Of a stretch of 64,000 bases of DNA, positions 27,296 through 36,690 are shown one piece after another. How positions within the stretch are numbered: position 1 is the stretch's first letter; the number at the start of each line of letters is the position of its first letter. The translations under genes were made by a program, and so were the position numbers. Under the pieces are notes generated by a model that saw only the letters and a list, made by a program, of their open reading frames with translations, did not search any database and was not told where the DNA came from. The DNA lies in NCBI GenBank assembly GCA_964529505.1, contig CAZGWR010000014.1:1966-65965 (forward strand), in the 5' to 3' direction. The DNA is from an uncultured Novosphingobium sp. GTDB lineage: Bacteria; Pseudomonadota; Alphaproteobacteria; Sphingomonadales; Sphingomonadaceae.

Positions 27296-29619
27296 AGGCC
27301 CTCAGAAAGCAGGGGAAGCCGCCGAAAGCGGAGCCCGGTGGCGGAAAACAGCGCATTGGCGATGGCGGGGGCAACCGCGATCGTGGCCAGCTCGCCCGGG
27401 TCGAAGGGTTGCTCGCTCGATTCGGCAAAGGCAATATCGATTTTGGGGCAATCGGCAAGCAGCGGCAGGCCCAGCTGCGCCAGCCGTCCGGCGGTGGGCA
27501 GGCCCGCGCTGTAGCCGGTGGACCCGCCGATCGCCTGCGCCAGCCCGAAGACCAGCCCGCCTTCGACCTGCTGGCGCGCCACATCCATATTCACGATCCG
27601 GCCGATGTCGACATAGGCCGAGAGCTGCTCGACCCGCACCGCGCCCGCTTCCTGGCGCGCGGTGGCGACCACCGCGATGAAGCCGCTGCGCTGCCCTTCG
27701 GAGGCGGCCAGATCCATGCGGTGGCAGGCGATGCCCTGCCCCGAGGCATCGGCGCCCCCGCCCCACATCGCCAGCCGTGCCGCGCCGGTGAGGCAGGCGG
27801 CGAGGCGCGGCTGCCCGCCAAGCATGCCGACCCGGAACGACATCGGCTCGCGCCCCGCAAAATGCGCGCATTCGTCGATGAAGCATTCGGTGATGAACGC
27901 GTTGTAGCCATGCGCATTGCCGCGATAGCGCGCGGTGGGCAGCGCGAGCGCGGCGGGCACATGATCCACCGCGCGTTCGGGAATGGCATAGAGCGGAAAC
28001 GCGCCGGCGCAGGCGAGAATATCGGCCTTGCCGCGCACCGCCGCCAGCGCATCGGCGGCGGAGCTTTCGCCCAGCAGCCGGGCCCCGGCTTCGAGCGCGG
28101 TGGGGGGCAGCGCCAGGCGGGTGCGCCAGCCGAGCAATTGCTGCTTGCCCGGGCCGAACGCCGCCGAGGCCAGCGCGGCCGCCGGCGCGCGGGGATAGCT
28201 GGCGAGCGATTCCTGCCAGCGCGACCACATGACCTGCACCGGACGGCCGGTCGCTTTGGCCAGCGCCGCAGCTTCGCCCGCGATCCGCACATCGAGCCGC
28301 GCATCGAAGCTGCCGCCCGCGTGCATCGGATAGACCACCACATCGCCGCGGCGCACCCCCGCCGCGCGCGCCGCCACGCGCCGCGCCAGCTCGGGCGCCT
28401 GGGTTGCGATCCACAGCTCGAGCTTGCCGCCGCGCAGCCGCGCGGTCGCCGTCGCGGTTTCGAGCGGGGCATGGAGCGCGGGCGCTATGTCGTAGCGGGC
28501 GGTGAGCGTGAGCGCGGCGGGGCCAGCGGCGGCGAGCAAGGCATCGGGATTGCCATCCGCCGCAACCCGGACCGCCGCACCCTTGCGCAGCGCCAGATCG
28601 AGCCGGCGCTCGATCGCGCTGGTATCTGCGATCCGCCCCGCCGCCTTGAAGCGCGGCTCCATCGCCGCAACCGCTTTGGCGGCCGCGTGCCAAGTGGTCG
28701 CCACCGCCGCCAGCCAGCGCCGGGTGTGGACCACGCGCACCAGGCCCGTGACTTTGGCCGCGGCCTGCGCATCATAGCTCGCGAGCACGCAATCGCCCTG
28801 CGGCCCATGCGCGACCGCCGCAAAGACCATATCGGGCAGGCGCACGTCGCCCGCGAAGACGAAGCTGCCATCCACTTTCGCGGGCAGATCGAGCCGGGGA
28901 AAGCGCGGGCGCGCGCCTTCGGGAAACTGGCCCGGCTTTTCCGCCGCCGGAAGCGCGCGCAGCACCGGCGGATCGGGCGGATCAAACCGCAGAAGCTCGG
29001 GCAGCAGCGCGGCGAACGCGAGCTTGCGCCCGCCGTTGACGACGCAGTGCGCCGCGGTGTCGCACGTTTCCCACGCCACGCCCCACTGCGCCGCCGCCGC
29101 CTGCATGAGCAGCGCGCGCAGCGAGGCGGCGGCGGCGCGCAAGGGCGCCTCGAACGCGGCGAGCGCGGTGCCTTCGGCCGTGATCATCAGCGGTTCGCGC
29201 TCGGCCTCCCCGCGCGCGAGCGATGTGTCCGGTGTATCGGCCAGCGCGGGCACAAACGGCAGCCACCCCGGTGCCCACAGCGCGGCCCAGCGCGCAGCCA
29301 GCACCGGATCGCCATACTGGCGCGCGATCGGCGCGGGCTCGGTGCCCATTCGCCGCCAATCCGCGCCGAGTTCCACCGCGACGATCTGCGCGGCAAGCGT
29401 GGTGATGCCCTGCCCCATTTCGCAGACCGGCACCGCCACGCTGATGGAGCCGTCCTTGGCGATGCGGATGAAGCTGTCGAACACATGCTCGCCCGGGCCC
29501 GCCACCAGCGCGCTGGCATGGCGGCGCGGCAACAGCTGAAACCCCACGACAAGCCCGCCGGCCGCGCCCGCGCCGATCAGCAGGCCTCTTCGCGTCAATC
29601 CGGGCAAAGCGCGCGCCAA
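27292..29619 (-). CDS. Molybdopterin-binding oxidoreductase subunit (xanthine dehydrogenase family, IorB/aldehyde-oxidase beta-like), Tat signal
   Basis: 775-aa ORF with an N-terminal twin-arginine signal (LTRRGLLIGAGAAGG). EMGQGITTLAAQIVAVELG is typical of the family. Its stop overlaps the hemH start by 4 nt. Confidence 0.8.
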   Translation of the reverse strand: MARALPGLTRRGLLIGAGAAGGLVVGFQLLPRRHASALVAGPGEHVFDSFIRIAKDGSISVAVPVCEMGQGITTLAAQIVAVELGADWRRMGTEPAPIARQYGDPVLAARWAALWAPGWLPFVPALADTPDTSLARGEAEREPLMITAEGTALAAFEAPLRAAAASLRALLMQAAAAQWGVAWETCDTAAHCVVNGGRKLAFAALLPELLRFDPPDPPVLRALPAAEKPGQFPEGARPRFPRLDLPAKVDGSFVFAGDVRLPDMVFAAVAHGPQGDCVLASYDAQAAAKVTGLVRVVHTRRWLAAVATTWHAAAKAVAAMEPRFKAAGRIADTSAIERRLDLALRKGAAVRVAADGNPDALLAAAGPAALTLTARYDIAPALHAPLETATATARLRGGKLELWIATQAPELARRVAARAAGVRRGDVVVYPMHAGGSFDARLDVRIAGEAAALAKATGRPVQVMWSRWQESLASYPRAPAAALASAAFGPGKQQLLGWRTRLALPPTALEAGARLLGESSAADALAAVRGKADILACAGAFPLYAIPERAVDHVPAALALPTARYRGNAHGYNAFITECFIDECAHFAGREPMSFRVGMLGGQPRLAACLTGAARLAMWGGGADASGQGIACHRMDLAASEGQRSGFIAVVATARQEAGAVRVEQLSAYVDIGRIVNMDVARQQVEGGLVFGLAQAIGGSTGYSAGLPTAGRLAQLGLPLLADCPKIDIAFAESSEQPFDPGELATIAVAPAIANALFSATGLRFRRLPLLSEGL

Positions 29620-29623
29620 GGCC

Positions 29624-30592
29624 TCAGCGCGGCGTATCGAGCCAGGCGAGCACCGCGCGGGCGATGCTCAGGAATGCCTCGCCCGGTGCGCCGCCGCCCG
29701 CCGCCGGGGGGTGGCCGGCGTCGCTTTCGCGGCGGATCGCGAGATCGAGCGGCACGCGGCCGAGGAACGGCAGGCCCATCGCCATCGCCGTGGTCTCCGC
29801 GCCGCCCATGCCGAAGGGATCGCTGGCCTCGCCGCAATGCGGGCAAATGTAGCCCGCCATGTTTTCGACCATGCCGATGATCGGCACCGCGCCTTGTTCG
29901 AACAGGCCAATCGCACGGGTGGCATCCATCAGCGCCAGATCCTGCGGGGTGGAGACGATCACCGCGCCGACCGGCTTGTATTTCGAGAGCATGGTGAGCT
30001 GCACATCGCCGGTGCCGGGCGGCAGATCGACCACCAGGAGCTCCGTGTCGCCCCACTGTGCGTCGATCAACTGGTCGAGCGCCTTGCCCAGCATCGGTCC
30101 GCGCCAGGCGACCGCTTGCCCCGCCTTGACCAGATGGCCCATCGACAGCATCGGCACACCGAACGGGCTTTGCACCGGAATCAGCTTTTGCCCTTCGGCC
30201 TCGGGACGGCGGCCTTCGGTGGCCATGAGCCGGGGCTGCGAAGGGCCATAGATGTCGGCATCGACCAGCCCGACCTTGCGGCCGAGCCGCGCCATCGCCA
30301 CGGCCAGATTGGCCGCGAGCGTGGATTTGCCCACCCCGCCCTTGCCCGAGCCGACCGCGATGATCGCCCGCGCGCGCTTCTCGGCGGTCATCGCCACGCG
30401 CACGTCCTTGGCGCCCGCTTGCCGCGCCGCATCGCGCACCGCCATTTCCAGCTTGTCGCGGGCCAGGCGGTCGAGCCCGCCAACCTCGATCACCAGCACC
30501 GCAGCGCCGTCTTCGGCGACGCGCACTTGCGCGGCGCGGCTCCCGGCCACGGCCCGCACCGCCTGCTCCAGCGTGCTTTGGTCCACACTCAC
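29624..30592 (-). CDS. apbC: Mrp/NBP35-family Fe-S cluster carrier ATPase
   Basis: 322-aa ORF with the deviant Walker A GSGKGGVGKST and the CPHCG motif. Confidence 0.9.
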   Translation of the reverse strand: MSVDQSTLEQAVRAVAGSRAAQVRVAEDGAAVLVIEVGGLDRLARDKLEMAVRDAARQAGAKDVRVAMTAEKRARAIIAVGSGKGGVGKSTLAANLAVAMARLGRKVGLVDADIYGPSQPRLMATEGRRPEAEGQKLIPVQSPFGVPMLSMGHLVKAGQAVAWRGPMLGKALDQLIDAQWGDTELLVVDLPPGTGDVQLTMLSKYKPVGAVIVSTPQDLALMDATRAIGLFEQGAVPIIGMVENMAGYICPHCGEASDPFGMGGAETTAMAMGLPFLGRVPLDLAIRRESDAGHPPAAGGGAPGEAFLSIARAVLAWLDTPR

Positions 30593-30744
30593 TTCCGCGT
30601 CCTCATATGGGGCGCAATTTGCCCCTTCGGACCGAGCCCTAGCAGAGGAAAATTGGCAGCGAGACCCTGTTTTTCGGGCGCGCTCGTCCCTATAAGCGGA
30701 TTATGAACAATTTCGGTGGACGTTTGTCGTGGATCGGCCTTGCG

Positions 30745-31893
30745 ATGGCCGGCAAGAAAAGCCCTTGGGGCGGCGCAAGTTCAGGCGGCGAAAGCCCGCC
30801 GGATGACGCTGGAGAAGGCCATGACGAACCCGCCGGTTCGCCCGACCGGCCTTCATCAGACCGGCCATCGTCCGACCGGCCATCGTCCGACCGTCCGGCG
30901 CGCGCCGAGGGCCAGGGCGGCCCGCGCAACCCGTGGCTGCCGCCCGCCTCGCCCGAACGGCGGCGCGCACCCAATATCGAGGATCTGTTTCGCAAGCGCG
31001 GCGGCGGCGGGGGCGGCGGCGGGCCGATCCCCTCGTTCAACCTGCCTCAGCGCCCCGGCGGCGGTTCGTGGGTGCCGGTGGGCGTCGGTGTGGCGATCCT
31101 GCTGTGGCTGGGCGCTTCGATGGTGCACCGCATCGCACCGCAGGAAAAGGGCATCGTCACCACCTTCGGGGCCTATTCGAGCACGCTGTCTTCGGGCGTG
31201 ACCTTCACGCTGCCGTGGCCGATTCAGTCGGTCACGGTGAAGGACGTCACCTCGATCCGCCGCGAGTCGATCCCCGAGGGCGAAGGCGAGAAGCTGATGC
31301 TCACCAGCGACCAGAATTTGGTCGACCTGACTTATCTGGTGCGCTGGAACATCAAGGACTTGAAGCTCTACACGTTCCAGTTGGCCGAACCCGAGCAGAC
31401 CGTGCGCGAAGTGGCCGAGGCATCGATGCGCCAGTCGCTCGCCGAGGTTTCGCTCAACGATGCGATGGGTTCGGGCCGCGCCACGATCGAGCAGAATGTG
31501 CGCGAGCGGATGCAGCAAGTGCTCGATGCCTATCGCTCGGGGGTGAAGATCCAGGGTGTGGAGATCAAGAAGACCGATCCCCCGGCCAAGGTGGTCGATG
31601 CATTTAAGGACGTGTTAGCAGCGCAACAGGACGCACAGAGCGAGGTGAACCGCGCCGAAGCCTGGGCGCAGCAGCTGACCGCGCGCGCCGAGGGCGAATC
31701 CACTGCCTTCGACAAAGTCTACAACCAGTACAAGCTGGCCCCCGAAGTCACGCGGCGGCGCATGTATTATGAAACCATGGAGCGGGTGCTGAGCCAGACC
31801 GACAAGGTGATCATGGAGGCGCCCGGCGTGGTGCCCTATCTGCCGCTGCCGCAAATCAAGCCGTCTACGCCGACGCCGACGCAGGGACGCTGA
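30745..31893 (+). CDS. hflK: FtsH protease modulator HflK
   Basis: ORF 30703..31893. I prefer MAGKKSPWGG at 30745 (HflK-like N-terminus), with 30703 as an alternative. It has an SPFH domain and is followed directly by hflC. Confidence 0.88.
   Translation: MAGKKSPWGGASSGGESPPDDAGEGHDEPAGSPDRPSSDRPSSDRPSSDRPARAEGQGGPRNPWLPPASPERRRAPNIEDLFRKRGGGGGGGGPIPSFNLPQRPGGGSWVPVGVGVAILLWLGASMVHRIAPQEKGIVTTFGAYSSTLSSGVTFTLPWPIQSVTVKDVTSIRRESIPEGEGEKLMLTSDQNLVDLTYLVRWNIKDLKLYTFQLAEPEQTVREVAEASMRQSLAEVSLNDAMGSGRATIEQNVRERMQQVLDAYRSGVKIQGVEIKKTDPPAKVVDAFKDVLAAQQDAQSEVNRAEAWAQQLTARAEGESTAFDKVYNQYKLAPEVTRRRMYYETMERVLSQTDKVIMEAPGVVPYLPLPQIKPSTPTPTQGR
30844..30903 (+). repeat. In-frame 15-bp tandem repeat (GACCGGCCATCGTCC-like x4) inside hflK
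   Basis: It encodes DRPSSDRPSSDRPSSDRPAR in the low-complexity N-terminal tail. Read directly. Confidence 0.85.
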
Positions 31894-31895
31894 AG

Positions 31896-32738
31896 ATGGA
31901 ACAGATCTGGGATACCTATCGCAACGCGATCATCGTCGCGGGCATCGCGCTGGTGGCGCTGCTCAGCTGCCTGACCGTGGTGGGCGAGGCCGAACAGGCG
32001 GTGATCGTGCGGCTGGGCGAGCCCAACCGCGTGGTAAACCGCTTCCGCCCCAACGCCGATTTCGGCCAGACCGGGGCAGGCATCGTGCTGACCCTGCCGT
32101 TTATCGAGCAGGTCGTGCGGATCGACAAGCGCGTGCTCGATGTCGATCTCGAACGCCAGCAGGTGACCTCGGCCGATCAGCGGCGGCTCGAAGTCGATGC
32201 CTATGCGCGGTTTCGCGTGATCGATCCGGTCAAGATGTACGAGACCGCAGGATCAGTCGGCAAAGTGGCCGAGCAATTGCAGCCGATCCTCAACTCGGTG
32301 CTGCGTCAGGAACTGGGCAAGCGCACGTTTGCCTCGCTGCTCACCGCCGATCGCGGGCAGGCGATGATCAATATCCGCAAGGGGCTGGACACCGAGGCGC
32401 GCGAATATGGCGCGCAAGTGATCGATGTGCGGATCAAGCGGGCCGATCTGCCCGACGGCGCACCGCTTGAATCGGCGTTTACCCGGATGGCCTCCGCGCG
32501 CCAGCAGGAAGCCGCCACCGTGCGCGCCAAGGGCCTCAAGAACGCGCAGATCATCCGTGCGCAGGCCGAGGCCAACGCGGCCAAGACTTATGCCGCCAGC
32601 TTTGGCCAGGATCCACAGTTCTATGATTTCTACCGCGCCATGCAAAGCTATGACGTGACCTTCGCGCAGAAGGGCAGCAACACCTCGCTCGTGCTTTCGC
32701 CCGACAACGAATATCTCAAGCAATTCAAGGGTAAGTAA
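31896..32738 (+). CDS. hflC: FtsH protease modulator HflC
   Basis: 280-aa ORF with an N-terminal TM helix and an SPFH domain, starting 3 nt after the hflK stop. Confidence 0.9.
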   Translation: MEQIWDTYRNAIIVAGIALVALLSCLTVVGEAEQAVIVRLGEPNRVVNRFRPNADFGQTGAGIVLTLPFIEQVVRIDKRVLDVDLERQQVTSADQRRLEVDAYARFRVIDPVKMYETAGSVGKVAEQLQPILNSVLRQELGKRTFASLLTADRGQAMINIRKGLDTEAREYGAQVIDVRIKRADLPDGAPLESAFTRMASARQQEAATVRAKGLKNAQIIRAQAEANAAKTYAASFGQDPQFYDFYRAMQSYDVTFAQKGSNTSLVLSPDNEYLKQFKGK

Positions 32739-32854
32739 CCGGGTCTGCGCATCCATTCAAACCCGGTTCATGCATATTCGGGTGAACTGGCACCCGATCG
32801 GGAACGGGGCTTTTGGGCCGATATCATCACGAATTTCGAAAGAGGAACAGCAAC

Positions 32855-34390
32855 GTGCGATATGCATACGGATTGACAACGGCGATGTTGCTCGCAGGCA
32901 GCGTGGTGACTTTGGCAACGGGCTTTGCGGCAGGCGCGCAAGTGGCGCAGAACGAGCCAGCGCAAATGCAGACGGCGGTGCCGCGCAGCGGAGCCCCGGC
33001 CAGTTTCGCCGATCTCACCCAGCAATTGCAGCCGGCGGTGGTCAATATCTCGACCCGCCAGCGCATCAAGGTTCAGACGAACAATCCGTTTGCCGGCACG
33101 CCGTTCGGTGATCTGTTCGGCGGCGGCCAGGGCGGGCCGCAGACGCGCGAGGCGCAGTCGCTGGGTTCGGGTTTCGTCATTTCGGCCGACGGCTATGTCG
33201 TGACCAACAACCACGTGATCACTGCCGAGGGGCAGGGCGAGATCGAATCGATCACCGTGACGATGACCGACGGCGTGGACTATGCCGCCAAGCTGATCGG
33301 GCGCGATGCCGCATCGGATCTGGCCGTGCTCAAGATCACCGGCACCAAGCCCTTTCCCTTCGTGAAATTCGGCGATTCGCATAACGCCCGCGTGGGCGAC
33401 TGGGTGATCGCGATCGGCAATCCGTTCGGGCTTGGCGGCACGGTCACCGCCGGGATCATTTCGGCGGTCTACCGCAACACCGGCACCGGCTCGGCCTACG
33501 ACCGCTATCTGCAAACCGACGCCTCGATCAACCGGGGCAATTCGGGCGGTCCGATGTTCGACATGGCGGGCAACGTGATCGGCATCAACAATGCGATCTT
33601 CTCGCCCACCGGCGGCAGCGTGGGCATCGGCTTTGCCATCCCGGCAGAGATCGCTGCACCGATCGTCGACAAGCTGCGGAGAGGTCAAGCGATCGAGCGC
33701 GGCTATCTGGGCGTGCGCATCCAGTCGCTGTCGGAAGATCTGGCCGCCAGCCTTGGCCTGCCCAAGAAGCGCGGTGAATTCATCCAGTCGGTCGAACCGG
33801 GTCAGGGCGCGGCCAAGGCCGGGCTCGAGGCGGGCGACGTAGTGGTGCGCGTCGATGGCAAGGACGTCACCCCCGAGCAGACCCTGTCGTTCATCGTGGC
33901 CAACACCGCGCCAGGCAGGCGCATCCCGATCGAGCTGATCCGCAACGGCCAGCGCATGACCGTGCAGGCGGTGGTGGGCAAGCGGCCGAGCGAGGAAGCG
34001 CTGGCGAAATCGCAGAATTTCGATCCCGACCAGCAAGGCGAAGACGGCGGCATGCCCGGCCCCGGCGCCGACAAGCAGACCGGCCAGATCATGCAGCAAT
34101 CGCTCGGCCTCGCCGCGATCCCGCTGACGCCGCAGATCGCGCGCCAGCTTGGCGCGAGCGAGAACACCCGCGGCGTGGTGATCACCGCGGTGGACGATGC
34201 CGCCGATGCCGCGACCAAGGGCCTGCAACGCGGCGACATCGTGCTCTCGGCAAACTACAAGCTGCTCGTGACGGTGGCCGATCTCGAAGCCGTGGTGAAG
34301 CAGGCCAAGGCCGAGAACCGCGAAGCAGTGCTCCTGCGCGTCCAGCGCCGGGGTCTCCCGGCAAGCTATGTGCCGGTCCGGCTGCGGTAA
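32855..34390 (+). CDS. degP: Do/DegP/HtrA-family periplasmic serine endoprotease (two PDZ domains)
   Basis: ORF 32813..34390. I prefer the GTG at 32855 because AGAGGA lies 8 nt upstream. The catalytic motifs are VTNNHV and TDASINRGNSGGPMF. Confidence 0.9.
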   Translation: MRYAYGLTTAMLLAGSVVTLATGFAAGAQVAQNEPAQMQTAVPRSGAPASFADLTQQLQPAVVNISTRQRIKVQTNNPFAGTPFGDLFGGGQGGPQTREAQSLGSGFVISADGYVVTNNHVITAEGQGEIESITVTMTDGVDYAAKLIGRDAASDLAVLKITGTKPFPFVKFGDSHNARVGDWVIAIGNPFGLGGTVTAGIISAVYRNTGTGSAYDRYLQTDASINRGNSGGPMFDMAGNVIGINNAIFSPTGGSVGIGFAIPAEIAAPIVDKLRRGQAIERGYLGVRIQSLSEDLAASLGLPKKRGEFIQSVEPGQGAAKAGLEAGDVVVRVDGKDVTPEQTLSFIVANTAPGRRIPIELIRNGQRMTVQAVVGKRPSEEALAKSQNFDPDQQGEDGGMPGPGADKQTGQIMQQSLGLAAIPLTPQIARQLGASENTRGVVITAVDDAADAATKGLQRGDIVLSANYKLLVTVADLEAVVKQAKAENREAVLLRVQRRGLPASYVPVRLR

Positions 34391-34428
34391 GCGCCGTCCT
34401 GCTCGCACGGGCAGGTGCCGGAAACGAG

Positions 34429-34454
34429 AGAGGGCCCGTGTTGGGCCCTCTTTT
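34429..34454 (+). terminator. Rho-independent terminator of degP
   Basis: AGAGGGCCC-GTGTT-GGGCCCTCT (9-bp stem) followed by TTT. Confidence 0.75.
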
Positions 34455-34587
34455 GGATAAAGTGTTGCTCTGAAGCACGACGCCGGAATGACGGGCATCG
34501 GTGGAAAGCGATGGGGCGAACTTTGGCTCGCAAATTTCGCGTGGCGGCCCTCCGATCGTGCCACACGGCATCAGAGCCCTTTTAGTA

Positions 34588-35319
34588 TCAATTGCTAATG
34601 TTAGCGGAGCACCATATGCGGACAGCCTCGCTACTTGAACGAGCCGACATTTTAGCCATCATCTTCATCCGGTGAATCTCGACTGTCCTCGGGCTGATCT
34701 CGAGGGTCCGGGCCATTTCTTTGTTGCTTAGGCCATCAACGACCATTTCGAGCACTTGCCGTTCGCGATTGGTTAAGCACATGACGCGTTGATGCGCAGC
34801 ATCGACCTTGCTTCGGCGATCTCGGTTAGACTTTATTTTTACGGCGACGGTTTCGAGTACTTCTCGTATTCCCGTCTCGAAGATTTCGATTGGAAGGAAG
34901 TCGACAGCTCTTGCTCGCATGGCAGCGATGACATTGTCGATGGTGGGCTGATCACGATAAGCGATAACCGGCATAACTAGACGCGCATTGGCGAGCATTT
35001 CGATCACAACAGCGACACCACGCGCATCTATTGAGTCATTTACAAAAATTACCCCATCATCGGGCGCATAACTGAGAAATTCCGCGGCATTTGCGAATAT
35101 TTCGACATGGAAGCCGTTGGCGAGGATCAATCTTGCTAACTTGGCGCGGAGAGCACTGTCAGGCTCGATCAAATACACGCTAACAAGGTGGGCAGGACCA
35201 ACACCTTCTTCAGGCGCGCGGTCACCGCAAACTGCCGAAGGATGCGCGGTATGCGCCTCAAGGAAGGGCATTGCCGGATGCACTGCGGTTTTGGTTAAGG
35301 CCTGGGTGGGGCTCGACAT
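34588..35319 (-). CDS. FixJ/NarL(LuxR)-type regulator with degenerate pseudo-receiver domain (island copy 1)
   Basis: ORF 34588..35583 trimmed to the ATG at 35319, which has GGAG about 7 nt upstream. The C-terminal HTH is LTNRERQVLEMVVDGLSNKEMARTLEISPRTVEIHRMKMMAKM. The receiver-like region lacks the consensus acidic pair (IEPD), Thr (VIAYRDQ) and Lys (DFLPIE). Confidence 0.8.
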   Translation of the reverse strand: MSSPTQALTKTAVHPAMPFLEAHTAHPSAVCGDRAPEEGVGPAHLVSVYLIEPDSALRAKLARLILANGFHVEIFANAAEFLSYAPDDGVIFVNDSIDARGVAVVIEMLANARLVMPVIAYRDQPTIDNVIAAMRARAVDFLPIEIFETGIREVLETVAVKIKSNRDRRSKVDAAHQRVMCLTNRERQVLEMVVDGLSNKEMARTLEISPRTVEIHRMKMMAKMSARSSSEAVRIWCSANISN

Positions 35320-35477
35320 GTTTAACTCCAAGTAACTCTGTTTCCGACAGGAGCTTTTTGGGCTTTTGCGGTTAACCACGCAGGAAGAGTTCGTATGGGG
35401 CAATCCCTGAGTATAACTACGTGTTGCCGGTTCCAAGGCTGTCTCTCTTGGACATGCACGCAGTCGTCCCACCCCGG

Positions 35478-35508
35478 AAAAATCGCCTTTTGCGCTCGCA
35501 AGGGCGAC
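35478..35508 (-). terminator. Rho-independent terminator between the wHTH gene and pseudo-receiver gene 1
   Basis: On the minus strand, TCGCCCTT-GCGAGCGCA-AAAGGCGA is followed by TTTTT. Confidence 0.55.
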
Positions 35509-35760
35509 CCGGTGGGAGGGAGGGAAAATGGCCTGCATGGCGGTGATGCATTGGGGCGGAAACGGCCGGACAAGCGATTTCAAGCAGTGAGCAGGCCGAA
35601 AGCTGGACTCAGCCTATCATCGGACAAGTGTGGATCACCTTGACCGCGTCAGGAAGGCCGCTCGCAAGGAACGGCGCGCAGCAGCGGAAGCGCCGTACGA
35701 TCAACACCGCGCAATCCAGATTGCCCGGAAAGCGCGCCAGTGCCGCGACCTTGGAACAAT

Positions 35761-36150
35761 TCACTCAGGAACAAGTCCCGCGTCACGAAAAGCCATTCTG
35801 AGCCTTTCGCGAGCTGTGCGGGAAAGGACGAAGGAATTGGCATTCGGCCACGGTGCAACGACGATGCCCTTAGCAGCCAGCAATTTCAGATACCGCTGCA
35901 GGACATCGGGCGAGATATCCAGCGTGTCGAGAATCTGGGCAAATGACAAGGGAATGTCAGCGCCATCTTCGGCGAGCAGCAATTGAACGATTTCCCAAGC
36001 GGGATCACCAAACAGCCCGGTGCCGAAGTGTCGATTTCTTGCGCGGTAGAGGCGTTGTCCGATCAAAGCGATAGCGCGCATGATGCGGGACTCATCCAAG
36101 CGGATGATTGGGGGATCCGGCAACCCCGAAGGCGGCAATCGCTTGCCCAT
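35761..36150 (-). CDS. Small winged-helix (MarR-like) DNA-binding protein (island copy 1)
   Basis: 129-aa ORF with ...LFGDPAWEIVQLLLAEDGADIPLSFAQILDTLDISPDVLQRYLKLLAAKGIVV. It is a paralog of 37757..38221. An alternative ATG lies at 36081. Confidence 0.7.
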   Translation of the reverse strand: MGKRLPPSGLPDPPIIRLDESRIMRAIALIGQRLYRARNRHFGTGLFGDPAWEIVQLLLAEDGADIPLSFAQILDTLDISPDVLQRYLKLLAAKGIVVAPWPNANSFVLSRTARERLRMAFRDAGLVPE

Positions 36151-36690
36151 ACGCTTCCCACTTGAGCCAGCAGTTGCCCACGTCGACTATACGAATCAGG
36201 AGGAGCTCAAGGCCTTGATGTTACTGCGCTATGAATCAGGGTCAATTGAAGTTAGTTCCAATTTCGATTGGACGCGTCGGTCTTGAAAGTTTGCGCATCC
36301 TGGTTCTGCGATTGCAGCTCGCTACAATCGGCAGTCTCGTCGTCTTTCAGACCACGCGGCATCGTGCGCTCATTTTTGAGTTTGCTGGCGTCGGCCCGCG
36401 CACAGTCATCGCGAATGAAAACTCCGCGCTGGATGGCGCGAGGAATTATGCGTTGCCATTCAATTATCGATGAGGGGTGCTCGCCCTTCTGACGGTGCAC
36501 AAGATCCTAGCCTGCGCCAGCGAGCAGCCCATCTGAGGCCTTGATGCTTGGTCCATGGCTGAAGCAGTTACAAAAATCATTGAACTCCTGGTCTTCATGC
36601 TCAGGATCAGACCAGTGAAAGACTGCCGAATGATTGCAGCAACTTCGATCGAGCCAAAACTCGGATCACCGGCCCAATATGGCCCGGGTT

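Noticed and set aside
27268-29880. 870-aa plus-strand ORF and several nested ORFs of 300-460 aa.
   Set aside because: They are shadows of the IorB-like gene. Their composition is extremely Arg/Ala/Gly-rich and no motifs are present.
30745-32738. Two SPFH systems in one window (HflKC here and stomatin/NfeD at 44408-45857) considered as something unusual.
   Set aside because: Both are standard, widely conserved housekeeping pairs.
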